Origin: Williopsis jadinii
Lineage: Eukaryota
DNA: 64,000 bases
Direction: 5' to 3'
Assembly (NCBI GenBank): GCA_024346625.1
Contig: AP024665.1
Span: 2,356,001-2,420,000, forward strand
The notes under the pieces are model-generated. The model did no database searches, was not told where the DNA came from, and saw only the letters and a program-made list of their open reading frames with translations. Positions within the stretch are counted from its first letter, which is position 1; every line of letters starts with the position of its first letter. The translations under genes were made by a program, and so were the position numbers. Shown here in pieces: positions 1 through 11,642 of this stretch.

Positions 1-2
1 TC

Positions 3-578
3 TACAGTTTGTACCACCACGTTGCACAGCTGGCAGAGGCTGAGAAGGCCGGTGTTGAGGCCGCTGGCGGTGTCGCTGACATCTACCAAGTGCCAGAGAC
101 GCTCGATGATGCCACGTTGAAGCTCCTCCAAGCGCCAGAAAGACCAAACTACCCAATTGCTACTCCAGACACATTGACCCAGTACGATGCCTTTTTGTTT
201 GGTATTCCAACTAGATTCGGTAACTTCCCAGCACAGTGGAAGGCCTTCTGGGACTCCACCGGTGGCCTCTGGGCTAGTGGTGCGCTTTACGGTAAGATCG
301 CCGGTGTCTTTGTCACCACCGGTACCCCAGGTGGTGGTCAAGAGGTTACCGTTTTGAACTCCCTTTCGGTGTTGGCCCACCACGGTATCATCTACGTGCC
401 ATTGGGTTACAAGAACACATTCGGAGAGTTGACAAACTTGGAGGAGCCACACGGTAGTTCTCCATGGGGTGCCGGTGCCTACGCCGGTGGTGACGGTTCA
501 AGACAACCAAGCAAGTTGGAGTTGTCCATTGCCACTACCCAGGGTAAGGTGTTTTACGAGACTGCTCAAAAGTTCTAA
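3..578 (+). CDS. PST2: Flavodoxin-like NAD(P)H:quinone oxidoreductase (WrbA/Pst2/Ycp4 family), 5'-truncated by the window edge
   Basis: Frame is open from base 3 ([14 protein letters not shown]). Motifs [28 protein letters not shown] and HGSSPWGAG. Paralog identity (PST2/RFS1/YCP4) is uncertain. Confidence 0.88.
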   Translation, partial: YSLYHHVAQLAEAEKAGVEAAGGVADIYQVPETLDDATLKLLQAPERPNYPIATPDTLTQYDAFLFGIPTRFGNFPAQWKAFWDSTGGLWASGALYGKIAGVFVTTGTPGGGQEVTVLNSLSVLAHHGIIYVPLGYKNTFGELTNLEEPHGSSPWGAGAYAGGDGSRQPSKLELSIATTQGKVFYETAQKF

Positions 579-1301
579 TGGTCTTATCCTTTAATATCAA
601 GAGGTTATTTTCAATAAACGGTTTAATTGAATGATGAGAAATTGATAAGTCTGTAGTTGGCTTAGTGTCTTAGTGGTTTGACCAATGGGGTGTTATGAGC
701 CCCGCGCTATGGGAATGGACGGAGCCAAAATTGAAACTCGATCGAGAAAGTTTCAAACCTCATCTCTTCCACATCAAAAGGCTCAAGGACACACGGCCTT
801 ATAGAGAACCAGACGTAAAATGAGTGAAATACTAGACCAACTGCTCATGGAAGATGTATGTATTGCTCATGATAGCACGGCCGTTACTTAGCTTGGGTCT
901 AACTCTCCGCTGGACTTGCGTTCCAACTAGATTGCCAAATACTGTCCCCAGCCATTTGTTCAATATCACCAGTGTATTTCACAGAACCATGAGAATCCAA
1001 TGAACTGTTTGGAGAAACAGCAACAACTAGCATCGTGTATCAAGAAAGAGTGAGTTTGCAACTGTTGATTGTGGTAGAACAAGCATGCGTACTAACACAC
1101 TGCGAAACAAAGTGTTCCAGCTTTCCAAAGGATCATGGTGCAGTGTAACGACATCATGATTAAATACCAGACGTGTCTGCAGTCAAACCTCGAGAAACAA
1201 AGCGTATGTCTACCGCTGTTGAAAGACATCAGGGAGTGTGCATCTGGCTGTGTTGACATGCACACCACCTCTATGAATGAGTTGAAATGAAGCACCCGTC
1301 C

Positions 1302-1335
1302 CCATGCCATGGACTCCATGCCATGGACTCCATGC
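1302..1335. repeat. 14-bp tandem repeat CCATGCCATGGACT x2.4
   Basis: Read directly: units at 1302-1315 and 1316-1329, partial unit at 1330-1335. Confidence 0.9.
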
Positions 1336-1369
1336 AACTGATGGAGAGGGCATCCATTGCTGGAGGCAC

Positions 1370-1401
1370 ACACCCGGACACCGCGAAAACACCCAGACAT
1401 C
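1370..1401 (+). promoter_or_regulatory. Two tandem Rap1-like sites (ACACCCGGACACC, ACACCCAGACATC)
   Basis: Resemble the Rap1 consensus ACAYCCRTACAY and lie upstream of the gene at 1951. Confidence 0.5.
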
Positions 1402-1950
1402 CCAAAAACCCGCTGAGAATGCCGAGGAAGTTGGCCAAATCACATTCCATAGTCGTTTCTTTTTCTTATCATTCCCTGTAGTTGGACACAACAAACAACA
1501 ACAAAACGTACAGACAACATATGCCAAAACGCGGGAAACGAAGGACTAAAAAGGACAAAAAACGCTCCCCCTCCTCCCTCCAGCTGTTGAAATTAACGGG
1601 CAAGCCGCTCACACTGCGTATATTTCTCCCTCTATCTGGCCAAGTTTTTAGTCTCTTCTCTCTCCAGTCGCAGTGCTTTTAAAAGGTTCAAAGGAGGAAT
1701 AAGCTAAGGCCATCACAAAAATTTTTACCACCTCAGCCTTCCACGCCGGAACGACCAAAAAAACTAACCACGCTGAAACTCTAACCTGTTCAGATCACAA
1801 GACCAACTTCCGTTCAGTTCCAGTATCCATCGCTGAGTGTTGTTGTGTTATTGTTCGCTGACACTCACTTGTCCCCCCCCCTTGATAGAGGATCTGCATC
1901 ACATTCCGATAGTGCTAAGCTCATCGTCTCGCCAGTGGCATTGAAATACG

Positions 1951-3891
1951 ATGGCCACGCACGGAACGGTTTCTCCAACGGTTCCAACGATTCTGTTGAA
2001 CTCGAACAACAACTCATTCTCATCGCCTTCAACGGCGACACATTCTCGATCCCAGACGCCAACTTTGAGATCGGTATCGATTGACCCCAGAGGTAGAACA
2101 TTGTCACCGCATTCGAAGGCAAATGGTGGCACATCGGCCCTTAGTCCTGGTAATACAGGGGGTACTTCAACTCCGAAAAGCAAAGCTCTGGAGAAGGAAG
2201 CAACCTACAGGGATATCTTTGTCACGATAAATGAAGGGACACTGAAGGCTAAGACACAGACACTCAAGCCATCGGTGTCGTTCGACACTGTTTCCGTGAG
2301 CTATTCCAAAGATGGCCGTGAGGATTTCCATTTATCTAGTGATGACGACGATGACGCCAATGACGAGTTTTCCCCGGAAGGTAGAGGAAGACCAAACTTC
2401 AGCAAGGATAGATCACCTTCACCGTTCAGTGGCGGCCGTTCACCTTCACCAGGTGGCAGTCTGTTCTCTCAGTGTGCCATTGAAAGATCGGCTGGTATAC
2501 AGTTCGATTCCAGAGGCTTCAGAATCGATTACCCTTCCCACAGTGCGGTCACAAAGGACTCATACACACGTACTTCAGAGCATCCGGATTACATGGAGTA
2601 TGTCAAGACGAACCTGGGGAGAACCCTACTGGTTTACATCTCAGGAAGAAGACATACGTGGGTGTGTTTGGATTATGTCATTGCCAAACTACTTCGAGAT
2701 GGTGACCACCTTGTTGTGATTAGTAGGATTCCTTCGGCTTTCAAAGATGGCTTGGTCAAAGATCACCATTCTGGTGAAGTGGACTCAGCTCCGTTCAACG
2801 CCAAATCTCAAAGGATTCAAAAATACATCAAGTGTCTGCTAAAGGGCAACCCAATTGTGAAAATCACAGTGGACCTGTACTTGGCACGTACCACTATGGG
2901 TGTTATCAACGAGGCGATGCATATTTACTATCCTAGCATGATTTGCGTTGCTCAGAAGCCCAACTTCAGATTCTCACAGTCTTCTCATTCTTGGTCAACT
3001 TCAAGAATGTCCGCAAGGCTCTTTAAGAATTCACATATACCTTTGGCGATTGTATCTTCGATGAAGATGAACAAATTCGAAGTTGAGTTATTCAACAGTA
3101 TATCTGAAAAGAACGATTGGCATTTAGAAAATGCCGAAGCGTTGAAGATTAAACTACAACTCCTCAATGCTTCTTCCACGCCGAGTGCGTCTTTTATATC
3201 GCATTCTACAAAAGGCTACCAAAGCGATACGAGTGACATTGAATCTGACGATGATAACGAGAAAACCGATAGCTCCTCGATGACTAGTGATGATTCAAGT
3301 ATCCTGTCCGATCCTGAAGATGAAGTTCAAAGGGTATTGAACGAATTCCAAGAGTCTTTAACATCTTATATGGATAAAAGTGACAAGTCCAAGATCAAGC
3401 CGACAACCTTTATCGATCGCTTGAACAAGTTGAGTGATGCCAGTGGTGTTTTAAGTGCTCAACTTGAAGAAATCTCTCAGAGTGAAAGAGGTGATGAGCT
3501 TGTTCGTACTGTTACCATGATGCCACAGATGGTGAAACAAAAATCGATGTTGGATGTGTTAGAAACAGATGCTGGTGTCTCCAATAAGATCAAATCGCAG
3601 CTCATGGGCAAAACATCTTCACAGCCGACTTCGATCAAGTTTGACAGTAATGCGTTGAGTCCTCGTGGCTCGAAGCACCTTTCGCCCTTGAGGAAAGTCC
3701 AAACCACACTGATTTCACCAAGTAGTTCACAGCGTCGTCATAGCGCACATGAACTGGAACCTATGAGATCGCATCAAGTGATGTCCAAGAGCTTTAGTGA
3801 AACCAAAGTCCCAACGATGAATGAAAAGAGCGATGAAGATGATAAAAAGGTGAAGCGCCGTGGATTTTTCAAGAAGATTTTTGGTAAATGA
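1951..3891 (+). CDS. Ser-rich protein with a universal-stress-protein-like domain; probable JIP4/YOR019W-family ortholog
   Basis: 646-aa ATG ORF. USP-like segment LLVYISGRRHTWVCLDYVIAKLLRDGDHLVVISRI. Family guess rests on linkage to SNF1/SNM1/PEX29 and HST3/BUB3/STI1 orthologs. Confidence 0.7.
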   Translation: MATHGTVSPTVPTILLNSNNNSFSSPSTATHSRSQTPTLRSVSIDPRGRTLSPHSKANGGTSALSPGNTGGTSTPKSKALEKEATYRDIFVTINEGTLKAKTQTLKPSVSFDTVSVSYSKDGREDFHLSSDDDDDANDEFSPEGRGRPNFSKDRSPSPFSGGRSPSPGGSLFSQCAIERSAGIQFDSRGFRIDYPSHSAVTKDSYTRTSEHPDYMEYVKTNLGRTLLVYISGRRHTWVCLDYVIAKLLRDGDHLVVISRIPSAFKDGLVKDHHSGEVDSAPFNAKSQRIQKYIKCLLKGNPIVKITVDLYLARTTMGVINEAMHIYYPSMICVAQKPNFRFSQSSHSWSTSRMSARLFKNSHIPLAIVSSMKMNKFEVELFNSISEKNDWHLENAEALKIKLQLLNASSTPSASFISHSTKGYQSDTSDIESDDDNEKTDSSSMTSDDSSILSDPEDEVQRVLNEFQESLTSYMDKSDKSKIKPTTFIDRLNKLSDASGVLSAQLEEISQSERGDELVRTVTMMPQMVKQKSMLDVLETDAGVSNKIKSQLMGKTSSQPTSIKFDSNALSPRGSKHLSPLRKVQTTLISPSSSQRRHSAHELEPMRSHQVMSKSFSETKVPTMNEKSDEDDKKVKRRGFFKKIFGK

Positions 3892-5103
3892 TTCAACGAT
3901 ACCATTCACGTTGCAGCTGCTGAAGATGGCTTGGAGATCCACTGGTGATACGAGCTGAAATATCATGAGTGATTCACGTGAAAACCTTCTACATACATAT
4001 TTTTATACGTCTTACACAACATGACGATCAGGAAAGTACTCAAAACTACATAGAATACAGCTTGCATACATATTTACAACATAGACGAGAAACAGCATTC
4101 CGGTAAATAACGATCTTTGTACTGTTGGCCTGAGCGGCAACTGTGTGACCTTCCCATTGCCATCACTTTTCTGTTGCCGGTTTTGAGGGAGTATGGGCAC
4201 TCAGAAGAGGCACTGTAGAAATGTGTCAAAACGATGAAATCCGGGGAAGAAAGCACAATGTGGTGGCCACAACAAAAGAGATGATAAATCCACTCTCTGT
4301 TCTCTATATCTCTGGAAGGAGCTCCGCCTGGTTGGCGCCTGCAAACCCCCTGCCAAAGCCTGTCAAAGCCTAACAACGCCTGCGAAAGCCTCTTGGTGCC
4401 TCTTGCCTGGTAGCCGGTGATCAACAAAGATTTATCTCCTCGGGCCCGTTCCGGTGATTCTGCAGAGCACGGGCCGCTGATTGCCACGCTCAGAGTAACC
4501 AGCACCAGCCCAGACGAGCCTACGCGTGTAGGCTCCAGCCAAAGCCAAGTTACAATTGGAGGTGGGGAGCTATATATTGATGGACACTGTAGATATGAGG
4601 AGATCACCGCCGCGTCATGGAGTTAACCATCTGTGTGTGATGTTCCTTTAGAATGTCGTGTGTCCAACAGGGTTAGTGCTACATGTTCGACATTATAGAG
4701 AGCCCTGAGCTGCCCAATCCCTCCTTGCCCATCCTCTTCCTCCTCCACCGACACCCCTGTGACCCTAACATACGCGGGCGCACATGAAATAAAGGTGTGG
4801 AGGACCGGTATAAGGGGGTGTACACTCGACATCTGGGGGTGCTCGTTGTGGAGAGTTGAGTGGGCCTGCACGAAATAATTTGTGAGAATGCTTCTGAACC
4901 GGGACATGCGGTGGAGATATCTAGACCTCTCTCTGATTCTATTTGAAATTCTCCAATGTATATAACGCTCTAATTTCCATCTTTTTTTATTTTTCTGTGG
5001 CTTTTATCATCAACACGTCTATTTCTGCTAATCGCCCTGGGTGGAGGTGTGCTTATCTATCAACTGAATTCGTAATACACCATCTCAAAGAAGCGCACAC
5101 GAT

Positions 5104-5442
5104 ATGTCATCCGCATACAGAAGATCTCTACTCACGCTACAAAGGCTTGCTCAAAGACAGTACACGACAGCAACGGCACACACTGTTGTCGAACCGGCAG
5201 TTGACGCTGTTTCGAAGAGCAGCAGTGCAAGCAGATTTGGCGGTGCAGTTGGGGGGTTCCTAGCTGGAATAAGCGTCACTTCGGGCGCTGTCTATTTCTA
5301 CTTGGTGAACCAGTACAACAACAGCAACGAGCTGGTTGTGAGAGACGTTCTGTCGCTGGCCAGAAGTGTCCGTATCTTGGAGGAGCACGTCAGGGCACTG
5401 GAACAACAGGCTGGCACTACTCAGACTGTTGTAACGAAATGA
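5104..5442 (+). CDS. Small probable mitochondrial membrane protein (presequence, one TM helix, coiled coil), function unknown
   Basis: Arg-rich amphipathic N-terminus, GGFLAGISVTSGAVYFYLV hydrophobic segment, heptad-like C-terminus, AT-rich 3' flank. Confidence 0.75.
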   Translation: MSSAYRRSLLTLQRLAQRQYTTATAHTVVEPAVDAVSKSSSASRFGGAVGGFLAGISVTSGAVYFYLVNQYNNSNELVVRDVLSLARSVRILEEHVRALEQQAGTTQTVVTK

Positions 5443-6189
5443 AGACAGGAGAGGGAGAGAGCTGAGAAGGGCGCGGGCTAACCGGTCTCGCCGTTCATTA
5501 TTTATACTATTTTATTCTTTATATATTAGCATTCAACAGAGCAAGGGTGAGGGTATCGGTTTCAACAGCAACCCCATCATGTCTGTAGAAATGGTTGATC
5601 AGTTGGTTCCTCGTGTATTGTGCTATCATCGCTTAGGGATTACGTCATCTGTAATGGAGTGTTTTTCCAGTTCCACGCACAACCACAGAAACGGGAAAAG
5701 GAAGACCGTTTTTTCCCGGTTTAACTCCCCAAGAACAAAAAAAAAGCTCAATGCCGCCATAGAAAAGGAAAAAATAAAGACGAAAACAACGGGAAAAAAA
5801 AACAAAGAACGTTGGCCCCGTTGCTGAGTAACACAAATTTTTACATTGAAAAAAAAACGCTAAATTTGGTTTTCTTTGAATTTGGATACAACAAGAAGAA
5901 ACAATCCAGTGTACAAAACCAAAGAGGAAAACCACCAAAGAACTGAAGCTAGCTGAATCTCTGCTTGAAACACGTATAGATTGAAGGCTTCTTTTGTTAA
6001 TCGTTGACAGATTTGGATACCAGCATCGCCTTATCTTCCATTCTAATCCATCCATTCGAACGCGCGTTTGTGGTTGGTGGCTATCTCGATTGATATTTCT
6101 ATTGTTGTTTTCCCATTCATTCATTCCCACTAGTTCTCTGAAGGCTCTAATTTCTAGTCTGCTGTGAAATTGTGCAAAGTCTTTCCACT

Positions 6190-7971
6190 ATGAGCATCCG
6201 TAGACCGTCGATGGCTGAGAGACGTTCGTCTATGACGCAGGAAGGCTCGTTGAGGCCCCCGGTGGTTCCCCATTTGGCAGGTTTGGAGAAACCGCTGCCG
6301 GAAACCGTTCCAGAGGCGTGCGACGTTGTTATCGCTGGTACCGGGTTGACTGAATCGATACTGGCGGCGGCTTTGGCGTGGCAGGGCTCGTCTGTTTTAC
6401 ACATCGATGCAAATGACTATTATGGCGACACCACGGCTACGTTGACTATCGATCAGCTGAAGACATGGGTGGAGAGGGTCAACAAGGGAGAAATAAAGGG
6501 CTACCAAGATGCCGTCTTGTACATTCCAAGAGGTAACGAGTTCAAATCTAAAGACTTTGGTATAGATTTGACCCCGAAGGTGCTGTTCTGTAAGAGTGAC
6601 TTGTTATCATTGCTCGTTACTGCAAGGGTTTACAAATATTTGGAGTTCTTACCTCTGAGTTCGTTCCATTTCTTTGAGAATGACAATTTCGAAAAAATGA
6701 CAAGCACCAAGCAGGACATCTTTACCAATCAGACTTTGTCTTTGGCAACAAAGAGATCGCTGATGAAGTTCATCAAGTTCTCGTTGGATTGGGAAAGCCA
6801 TCCTGATGTTTGGAGTCCATATAAAGATGCGTCTATTGAGACCTTCTTACAGGAACAATTCAAGTTGGAAAAGGCTCAGATCTTTGAGTTAATCTTTTCC
6901 ATCGGTCTATGTAACAATAACGAAACACACACACCAGAGGCATTGGCTAGAATAAAGAGATATTTGATCAGTTACGACGTTTATGGCAATTTTCCTGTGA
7001 TGTATTCGAAGTATGGTGGAGCAGGTGAAATCTCACAGGGATTTTGCCGTAGCGCTGCTGTTGCTGGTGCAACTTACAAGTTGAACACCAAGTTGGTGTC
7101 ATTTGACCCAAAGACCAAAATTGCACAGTTATCAGATAACTCATGTGTCAAGATTAACGAACAGATTATAATATCTCCATCACAGGCTCCAACGGATTCC
7201 AAATTCCTGTCCAAACAAAACTATGAAATTCAAAGACTCACTGTTATTGTGAAGAAAGACTGTACGCAATGGTTTCATGATAATGAATCCGCAGCAGTTG
7301 TTGTCTTCCCATCGGGCTCTTTGGAATCCAATAACAAACAAGCGGTTCAAGCCATCATAATGGGAGAAGGCAGTGGAATAACAGCAAAGGGCACCTGTGT
7401 TTGGTACATGAGTACCATTGAGACGGGCAAAAGAGGTCGTGATGATTTGGAGGCTGCGTTAAAAGCCATGGAGGGGTCTATTCTCAGAGAGAGTTCCGAC
7501 TTGGATACGCAGGACTATTTCGACAACGCTAACGGCATGTTGAACTCTGTTAAGTTGGGGCAATCCTTCAAAGACTTTGTTCCAAAGGAGAAAATCCAAT
7601 ACATTTTGAAGTTTTACTATATTCAATTTACTTCAATACCGCACGCTGGTGTTGTGAATCCGAATCTCTATAGGAAGAACTCTGTTCACGTTGAAGATGA
7701 CGTTGATGCTCCAGATAGAGGTGTTATTTACTCGTCTTTGCCCTCAAGTGAAATATCATACGACGGTATCGTTACAGCTTCGAAAATCCTCTACGAGAAG
7801 GTTGTGGGGTCTGATGATGACTTCTTCGACGTTGATTTCGAAGACGATGACGACGAAGGTTCTATAGCCAACAACTTGGAGTCTGCCATTGCAGAGGATG
7901 ACGATGATGACGAACACATAGTTGAGCCTGGTGCTGCACCTGTGGAGTTTGCTGAAGATATGGAGTTATAA
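6190..7971 (+). CDS. MRS6: Rab escort protein (Rab GGTase component A)
   Basis: RRPSMAERR N-terminus, DVVIAGTGLTESILAAALAWQG, EISQGFCRSAAVAGATYKL, acidic tail. First ATG is at 6190. Adjacent to RPS12 as in S. cerevisiae. Confidence 0.95.
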   Translation: MSIRRPSMAERRSSMTQEGSLRPPVVPHLAGLEKPLPETVPEACDVVIAGTGLTESILAAALAWQGSSVLHIDANDYYGDTTATLTIDQLKTWVERVNKGEIKGYQDAVLYIPRGNEFKSKDFGIDLTPKVLFCKSDLLSLLVTARVYKYLEFLPLSSFHFFENDNFEKMTSTKQDIFTNQTLSLATKRSLMKFIKFSLDWESHPDVWSPYKDASIETFLQEQFKLEKAQIFELIFSIGLCNNNETHTPEALARIKRYLISYDVYGNFPVMYSKYGGAGEISQGFCRSAAVAGATYKLNTKLVSFDPKTKIAQLSDNSCVKINEQIIISPSQAPTDSKFLSKQNYEIQRLTVIVKKDCTQWFHDNESAAVVVFPSGSLESNNKQAVQAIIMGEGSGITAKGTCVWYMSTIETGKRGRDDLEAALKAMEGSILRESSDLDTQDYFDNANGMLNSVKLGQSFKDFVPKEKIQYILKFYYIQFTSIPHAGVVNPNLYRKNSVHVEDDVDAPDRGVIYSSLPSSEISYDGIVTASKILYEKVVGSDDDFFDVDFEDDDDEGSIANNLESAIAEDDDDDEHIVEPGAAPVEFAEDMEL

Positions 7972-7996
7972 TAGCTGTACTGAATACCCTTATAAA

Positions 7997-8064
<68 letters not shown>
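7997..8064. repeat. (TAC)22 trinucleotide microsatellite
   Basis: Perfect TAC repeat at 7997-8062 plus TA, between the MRS6 stop and the RPS12 promoter. Confidence 0.98.
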
Positions 8065-8089
8065 ATGCTGCTCCTACCATCATAATCTT

Positions 8090-8102
8090 GGTGTCCGGAT
8101 GT
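8090..8102 (-). promoter_or_regulatory. Rap1-like site upstream of RPS12 (ACATCCGGACACC)
   Basis: RPG-box-like sequence about 215 bp upstream of a ribosomal protein ATG. Confidence 0.55.
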
Positions 8103-8314
8103 ATTACCCGACTTTTTGTGACGTTGAAATGAATTGGTTTGTGCAGCATGTCTTTCCGCGAAAATTTCCTCTTCCATCGTACCCAAACAAATATGAAAAA
8201 TTTCCAAAAACTTTTCACTACCGTTCTTTTCACCTTTTGGACTCTCCATAGTACTGAGCAGGTTTTTACATTCCTTGTCGAAGAAGTCTACACTACTATA
8301 CCTAATTATCAAAA

Positions 8315-8737
8315 ATGTCTGACGTTGAACAAGTTGAGCAAGTCGAAGTTGTCGTTGAGGAGTCTGGTTCCATCACCGTTGAGGATGCCGTTAAGGTTGT
8401 CTTGAGAAACGCTTTGGTCCGTGACGGTTTGGCCAGAGGTTTGAGAGAGTCCTCCAAGGCTTTGTCCCGTGGTGAAGCTGAGTTGTGTGTCTTGTGTGAC
8501 TCTGTCACCGAGGCTTCCATCGTCACTTTGATCGAGGCTTTGTGTAACGAGCCAGAGGTCAAGATCCCATTGATCAAGGTTGCTGACGCCAAGTTGTTGG
8601 GTGAGTGGGCCGGTTTGGGTAAGATCGACCGTGAGGGTAACGCCAGAAAGGTTGTTGGTGCCTCTGTTGTTGTCGTCAAGAACTGGGGTGGTGAGTACGA
8701 GGAGAAGAACATCTTGCTCGAGCACTTCTCCAACTAA
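8315..8737 (+). CDS. RPS12: 40S ribosomal protein eS12
   Basis: [14 protein letters not shown] and [23 protein letters not shown] motifs; strong codon bias. Confidence 0.98.
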   Translation: MSDVEQVEQVEVVVEESGSITVEDAVKVVLRNALVRDGLARGLRESSKALSRGEAELCVLCDSVTEASIVTLIEALCNEPEVKIPLIKVADAKLLGEWAGLGKIDREGNARKVVGASVVVVKNWGGEYEEKNILLEHFSN

Positions 8738-8805
8738 GGGAATTTTTTTTTTGGTACGTTAATCATCATAATTAGTTTTATTAGCATTTTCAACCGTCAC
8801 GTAGT

Positions 8806-9984
8806 CTATAAAAACACCGGTACATCGATTGCAACGCCGTCATCGTCGTCATCTTGCTCCAGTTCCTCAAAGTGCTCGCCTTGGTTGTGCACTTGGACAA
8901 TGTGTTGTGGTCCTGATTGGTTGTGGCTATGATCCTTCATGTAATCCTCTATGGTGCCTAGCCAATCACTCATTTGTTGTAGGAGTTTGAACTCAAACAC
9001 TGTTCCATAGTAGTCCTTTGGTATATCATTACCATACGTGCTCAACATGTTTATGCTTAGCAAAGATTCATCTCTTTTGAACTTACATTTAGAGCTCAAC
9101 TTCATGGCCCTCGTTACGAGACAGAACAGGATACCGTTATAGCAGCTAACATCAACTTTCTCACTCGACTTTATGTGTAGTTTTTCCAAGATTGACCTAT
9201 CGTTTGGTAAGTTGAACGTTGATATTCCCATTTCACTCTTAGCAACGATTGCCAGTACGTTTTCTTTGACATTGTTAGTCTTATCTCGCGTTGATGCGTA
9301 GATGAATATCTCCTCCGTGTTGATGTCCTTCAAATCCTTCAGCGCATCGTAGAGTACATCAGCCTTGATGATTCCTTCCAGCAGGATCTCCTCTTGGTTC
9401 AGGTCGAACCCATAGTTATCAGGATCAAGGTCCAAGTTTACATACGTTGCAAATTCACACCGTTCTGTAATCTTGGAATCTTCAAACACCAGAACAAATG
9501 GGTGTCCATATCCTTGATAGATCATTGTACAATGAGTCGTCGACACCTGTGTCCTGTTAACCAGTGACAGAGACTCCACGACAGACCTGAGGTCCATGCT
9601 GAACTTGGCGTCAATTGGCTCAGCATCATCATCTTCATCATCTGAATCACAACCGTAGTCAGTATCGTCCGAATCCTCATCACACTTCTCCCTCGTTCTA
9701 CGTGGTTTCCGCAAGGGGCTGCTATACGTGTATGTAGTGAACAACCCCTTCTCCAGCGTCAATTCTCCTATGGCATACAGTCAGCACACGAACTTCTGCG
9801 TCCAATGTTGGTGTAACTCACCTCTGCAGACGTGGTTCTTCTCCGTGATGAAGTTGAGCCCATCCTCTGCAATGCTGACGACGACTCTGGTATTAATCAC
9901 CGTCAGCGCACTCAGCATCGAAGCCATGTGCACCAGCGACGTCGTTGTGGCACTCAGAACACACATTCCAGCGTTACTATCCAT
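8806..9984 (-). CDS. RAD17: 9-1-1 checkpoint clamp subunit Rad17 (Rad1 family); exons 9984-9822 and 9767-8806
   Basis: 54-nt intron at 9768-9821 (GTGAGT, TGCTGAC, TAG) joins DGLNFITEKNHVCRG to ELTLEKGLF, giving 374 aa. YQGYGHPFVLVFED motif. Synteny with RPS12 and SCP1. Alternative start at 9966. Confidence 0.9.
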
Positions 9985-10144
9985 TGTTGGTCTAATTCTC
10001 AACACAGGCTGCCTCTCTCTGGCTGGAGAAGAGCTTTCCCTGCCCGGGGAAACGAGCAGTGATGAGCCGGGCGGACATAACCAAAAATTGCTCTCTTTCC
10101 TCCCCAACAACGCCTACACAGGGACTCACTGAACATTGAATCAA

Positions 10145-10657
10145 ATGCTTGATAGAAGACAACGGAGAAACGCCTCCATCATCGGTGCTTTGGTGGTCCT
10201 TGGAGCAGGTGCGTACGCTCTGTACAGCTACTTAACCAGTGAAGGAGACGGAGATGTGGAGGTTGTGAATGACAATGACAGCAGAAGGAAGTATACGCAG
10301 AGGCCAATCACGATAATACTCACGGAATCGATACTGTCGTCCAACCTACCGCTGAATGAGATCTTGAAGAAGACCTCCGATGTCGTGCTCGTGGTTCCCC
10401 CGGACTTATCAGTGGACGAGGATCTACAGGATGAGTTTGAGCCGGACGTGGAGTATAAAGTGATTGAATGTGAGACGTACGAGGGAGTGTGGTCTGTTGT
10501 TAAGCACCTGAACGGAGAGATCATCTTTGTTGTTAAGGACGACCTGCCGAGTGAACTGCCAGACGGACTAGAGAGATACGTTGGCGAGATTGTGGAGCTT
10601 GACCAGAACTCTTCAGAGATTAACGAATCCATACTGTCGTGCATTGTCAACGAGTAA
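10145..10657 (+). CDS. PEX22: Peroxin Pex22 (Pex4 membrane anchor)
   Basis: Basic N-terminus plus single TM helix, then RKYTQRPITIILTESILSSNLPLNEIL resembling Pichia-type Pex22. ATG at 10145. Confidence 0.75.
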   Translation: MLDRRQRRNASIIGALVVLGAGAYALYSYLTSEGDGDVEVVNDNDSRRKYTQRPITIILTESILSSNLPLNEILKKTSDVVLVVPPDLSVDEDLQDEFEPDVEYKVIECETYEGVWSVVKHLNGEIIFVVKDDLPSELPDGLERYVGEIVELDQNSSEINESILSCIVNE

Positions 10658-10663
10658 TTAATC

Positions 10664-11329
10664 CTACTGTGTTATGTTTCTATGCTTTCCGAACACAACG
10701 CCCTCTGAGGTTTGTGAGGCACCTTTCATGTAACCGTACTCCAGTGAGCTCCATGCCGGGCCTTTGGAGAGATGAGAAGGTTTCTTCGGGACCTTTGGAG
10801 GTGGCTGTCTTGTGCTCAACTTTGGGCCAATCACAGGGATTGATGGTGACTTCTCGTGCACATATCTGGATAGCGAAACTATGGTTTGTAATACACTTGC
10901 AATATCGCCTTCCTCGTACAGGTCCACTGTCTGGAACGTCTCGTCCTCTGGTATGCCGTACGACTTCACAAACGTGAGGAAATTGGCAATGTTCTCCATT
11001 TGAACAAAGGGCATCTTACTGTCTTTGAACTTGACTGCGCCACCGAGGGCATTGGCTAATCTATCCAATAGTTAAGAGTTAGTCATGTATATGTGTAATG
11101 GTTTTCCTAGACGGCTTCCTTGTCACGTGTAAGCATACTTCCCTAAGACAACTCCTGTCTTCAACACCTGAATGAGGTCCTGCTGTGGCTCACTCTCTCC
11201 GATAATGTTGAATATCCAGCCTCTTGCTTCGTCTGCTAGTTTACTGTTGTATTTGCTTCTTCTTAAATCTCTCAAGTCGGCATCCAGGGATGAAACATCT
11301 GCCTTCTTTGCATACGGATCCTCCTCCAT
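10664..11329 (-). CDS. SCP1: Calponin/transgelin homolog; exons 11329-11139 and 11060-10664
   Basis: 78-nt intron at 11061-11138 (GTATGC, GACTAAC, TAG) joins LKTGVVLGK to LAN. CH domain (FVQMENIANFL, FQTVDLYE) and calponin repeat EYGYMKGASQ. 195 aa. Confidence 0.93.
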
Positions 11330-11642
11330 CTTGAACTGCTGTGATTGATCGAATAATGGAACCGTTGTAGTAGTTGTTCCCTTGTAATTTGCCTAAAATT
11401 AGCGTACATTTGATGCATTCGCCACATATTCCCTGATACGGTATTTCCTCAATGTGGCGAGTGCACACTCGCCACATCCAATCTGAAAGGGGAAATTTGT
11501 AAACAACACACTACAAGCTTTCTCTACGTTTTGACGCCTTTTTCTCAATATCATCCCTTTTCCGCATTGAAAGGTGTGAGCAAAGTGTGCTGCTGTTGCT
11601 TGTTGTTGAGCTGCTGCCTGCTGTTGTGCTGGTGGATTGACA

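Noticed and set aside
1389..1401. Possible telomerase RNA template (ACACCCAGACA)
   Set aside because: The same motif recurs in several promoters, so Rap1-type sites explain it better; no other telomerase RNA elements identified.
4637..4708. Possible C/D snoRNA (GTGATGT...CTGA) after a TATA-like element
   Set aside because: Imperfect box C, and I found no convincing rRNA-complementary guide. A snoscan or Rfam search of 3892-5103 would settle it.
7791..8312. Minus-strand ORFs with poly-Ser or poly-Val
   Set aside because: Artefacts of the (TAC)n microsatellite and antisense overlap with MRS6.
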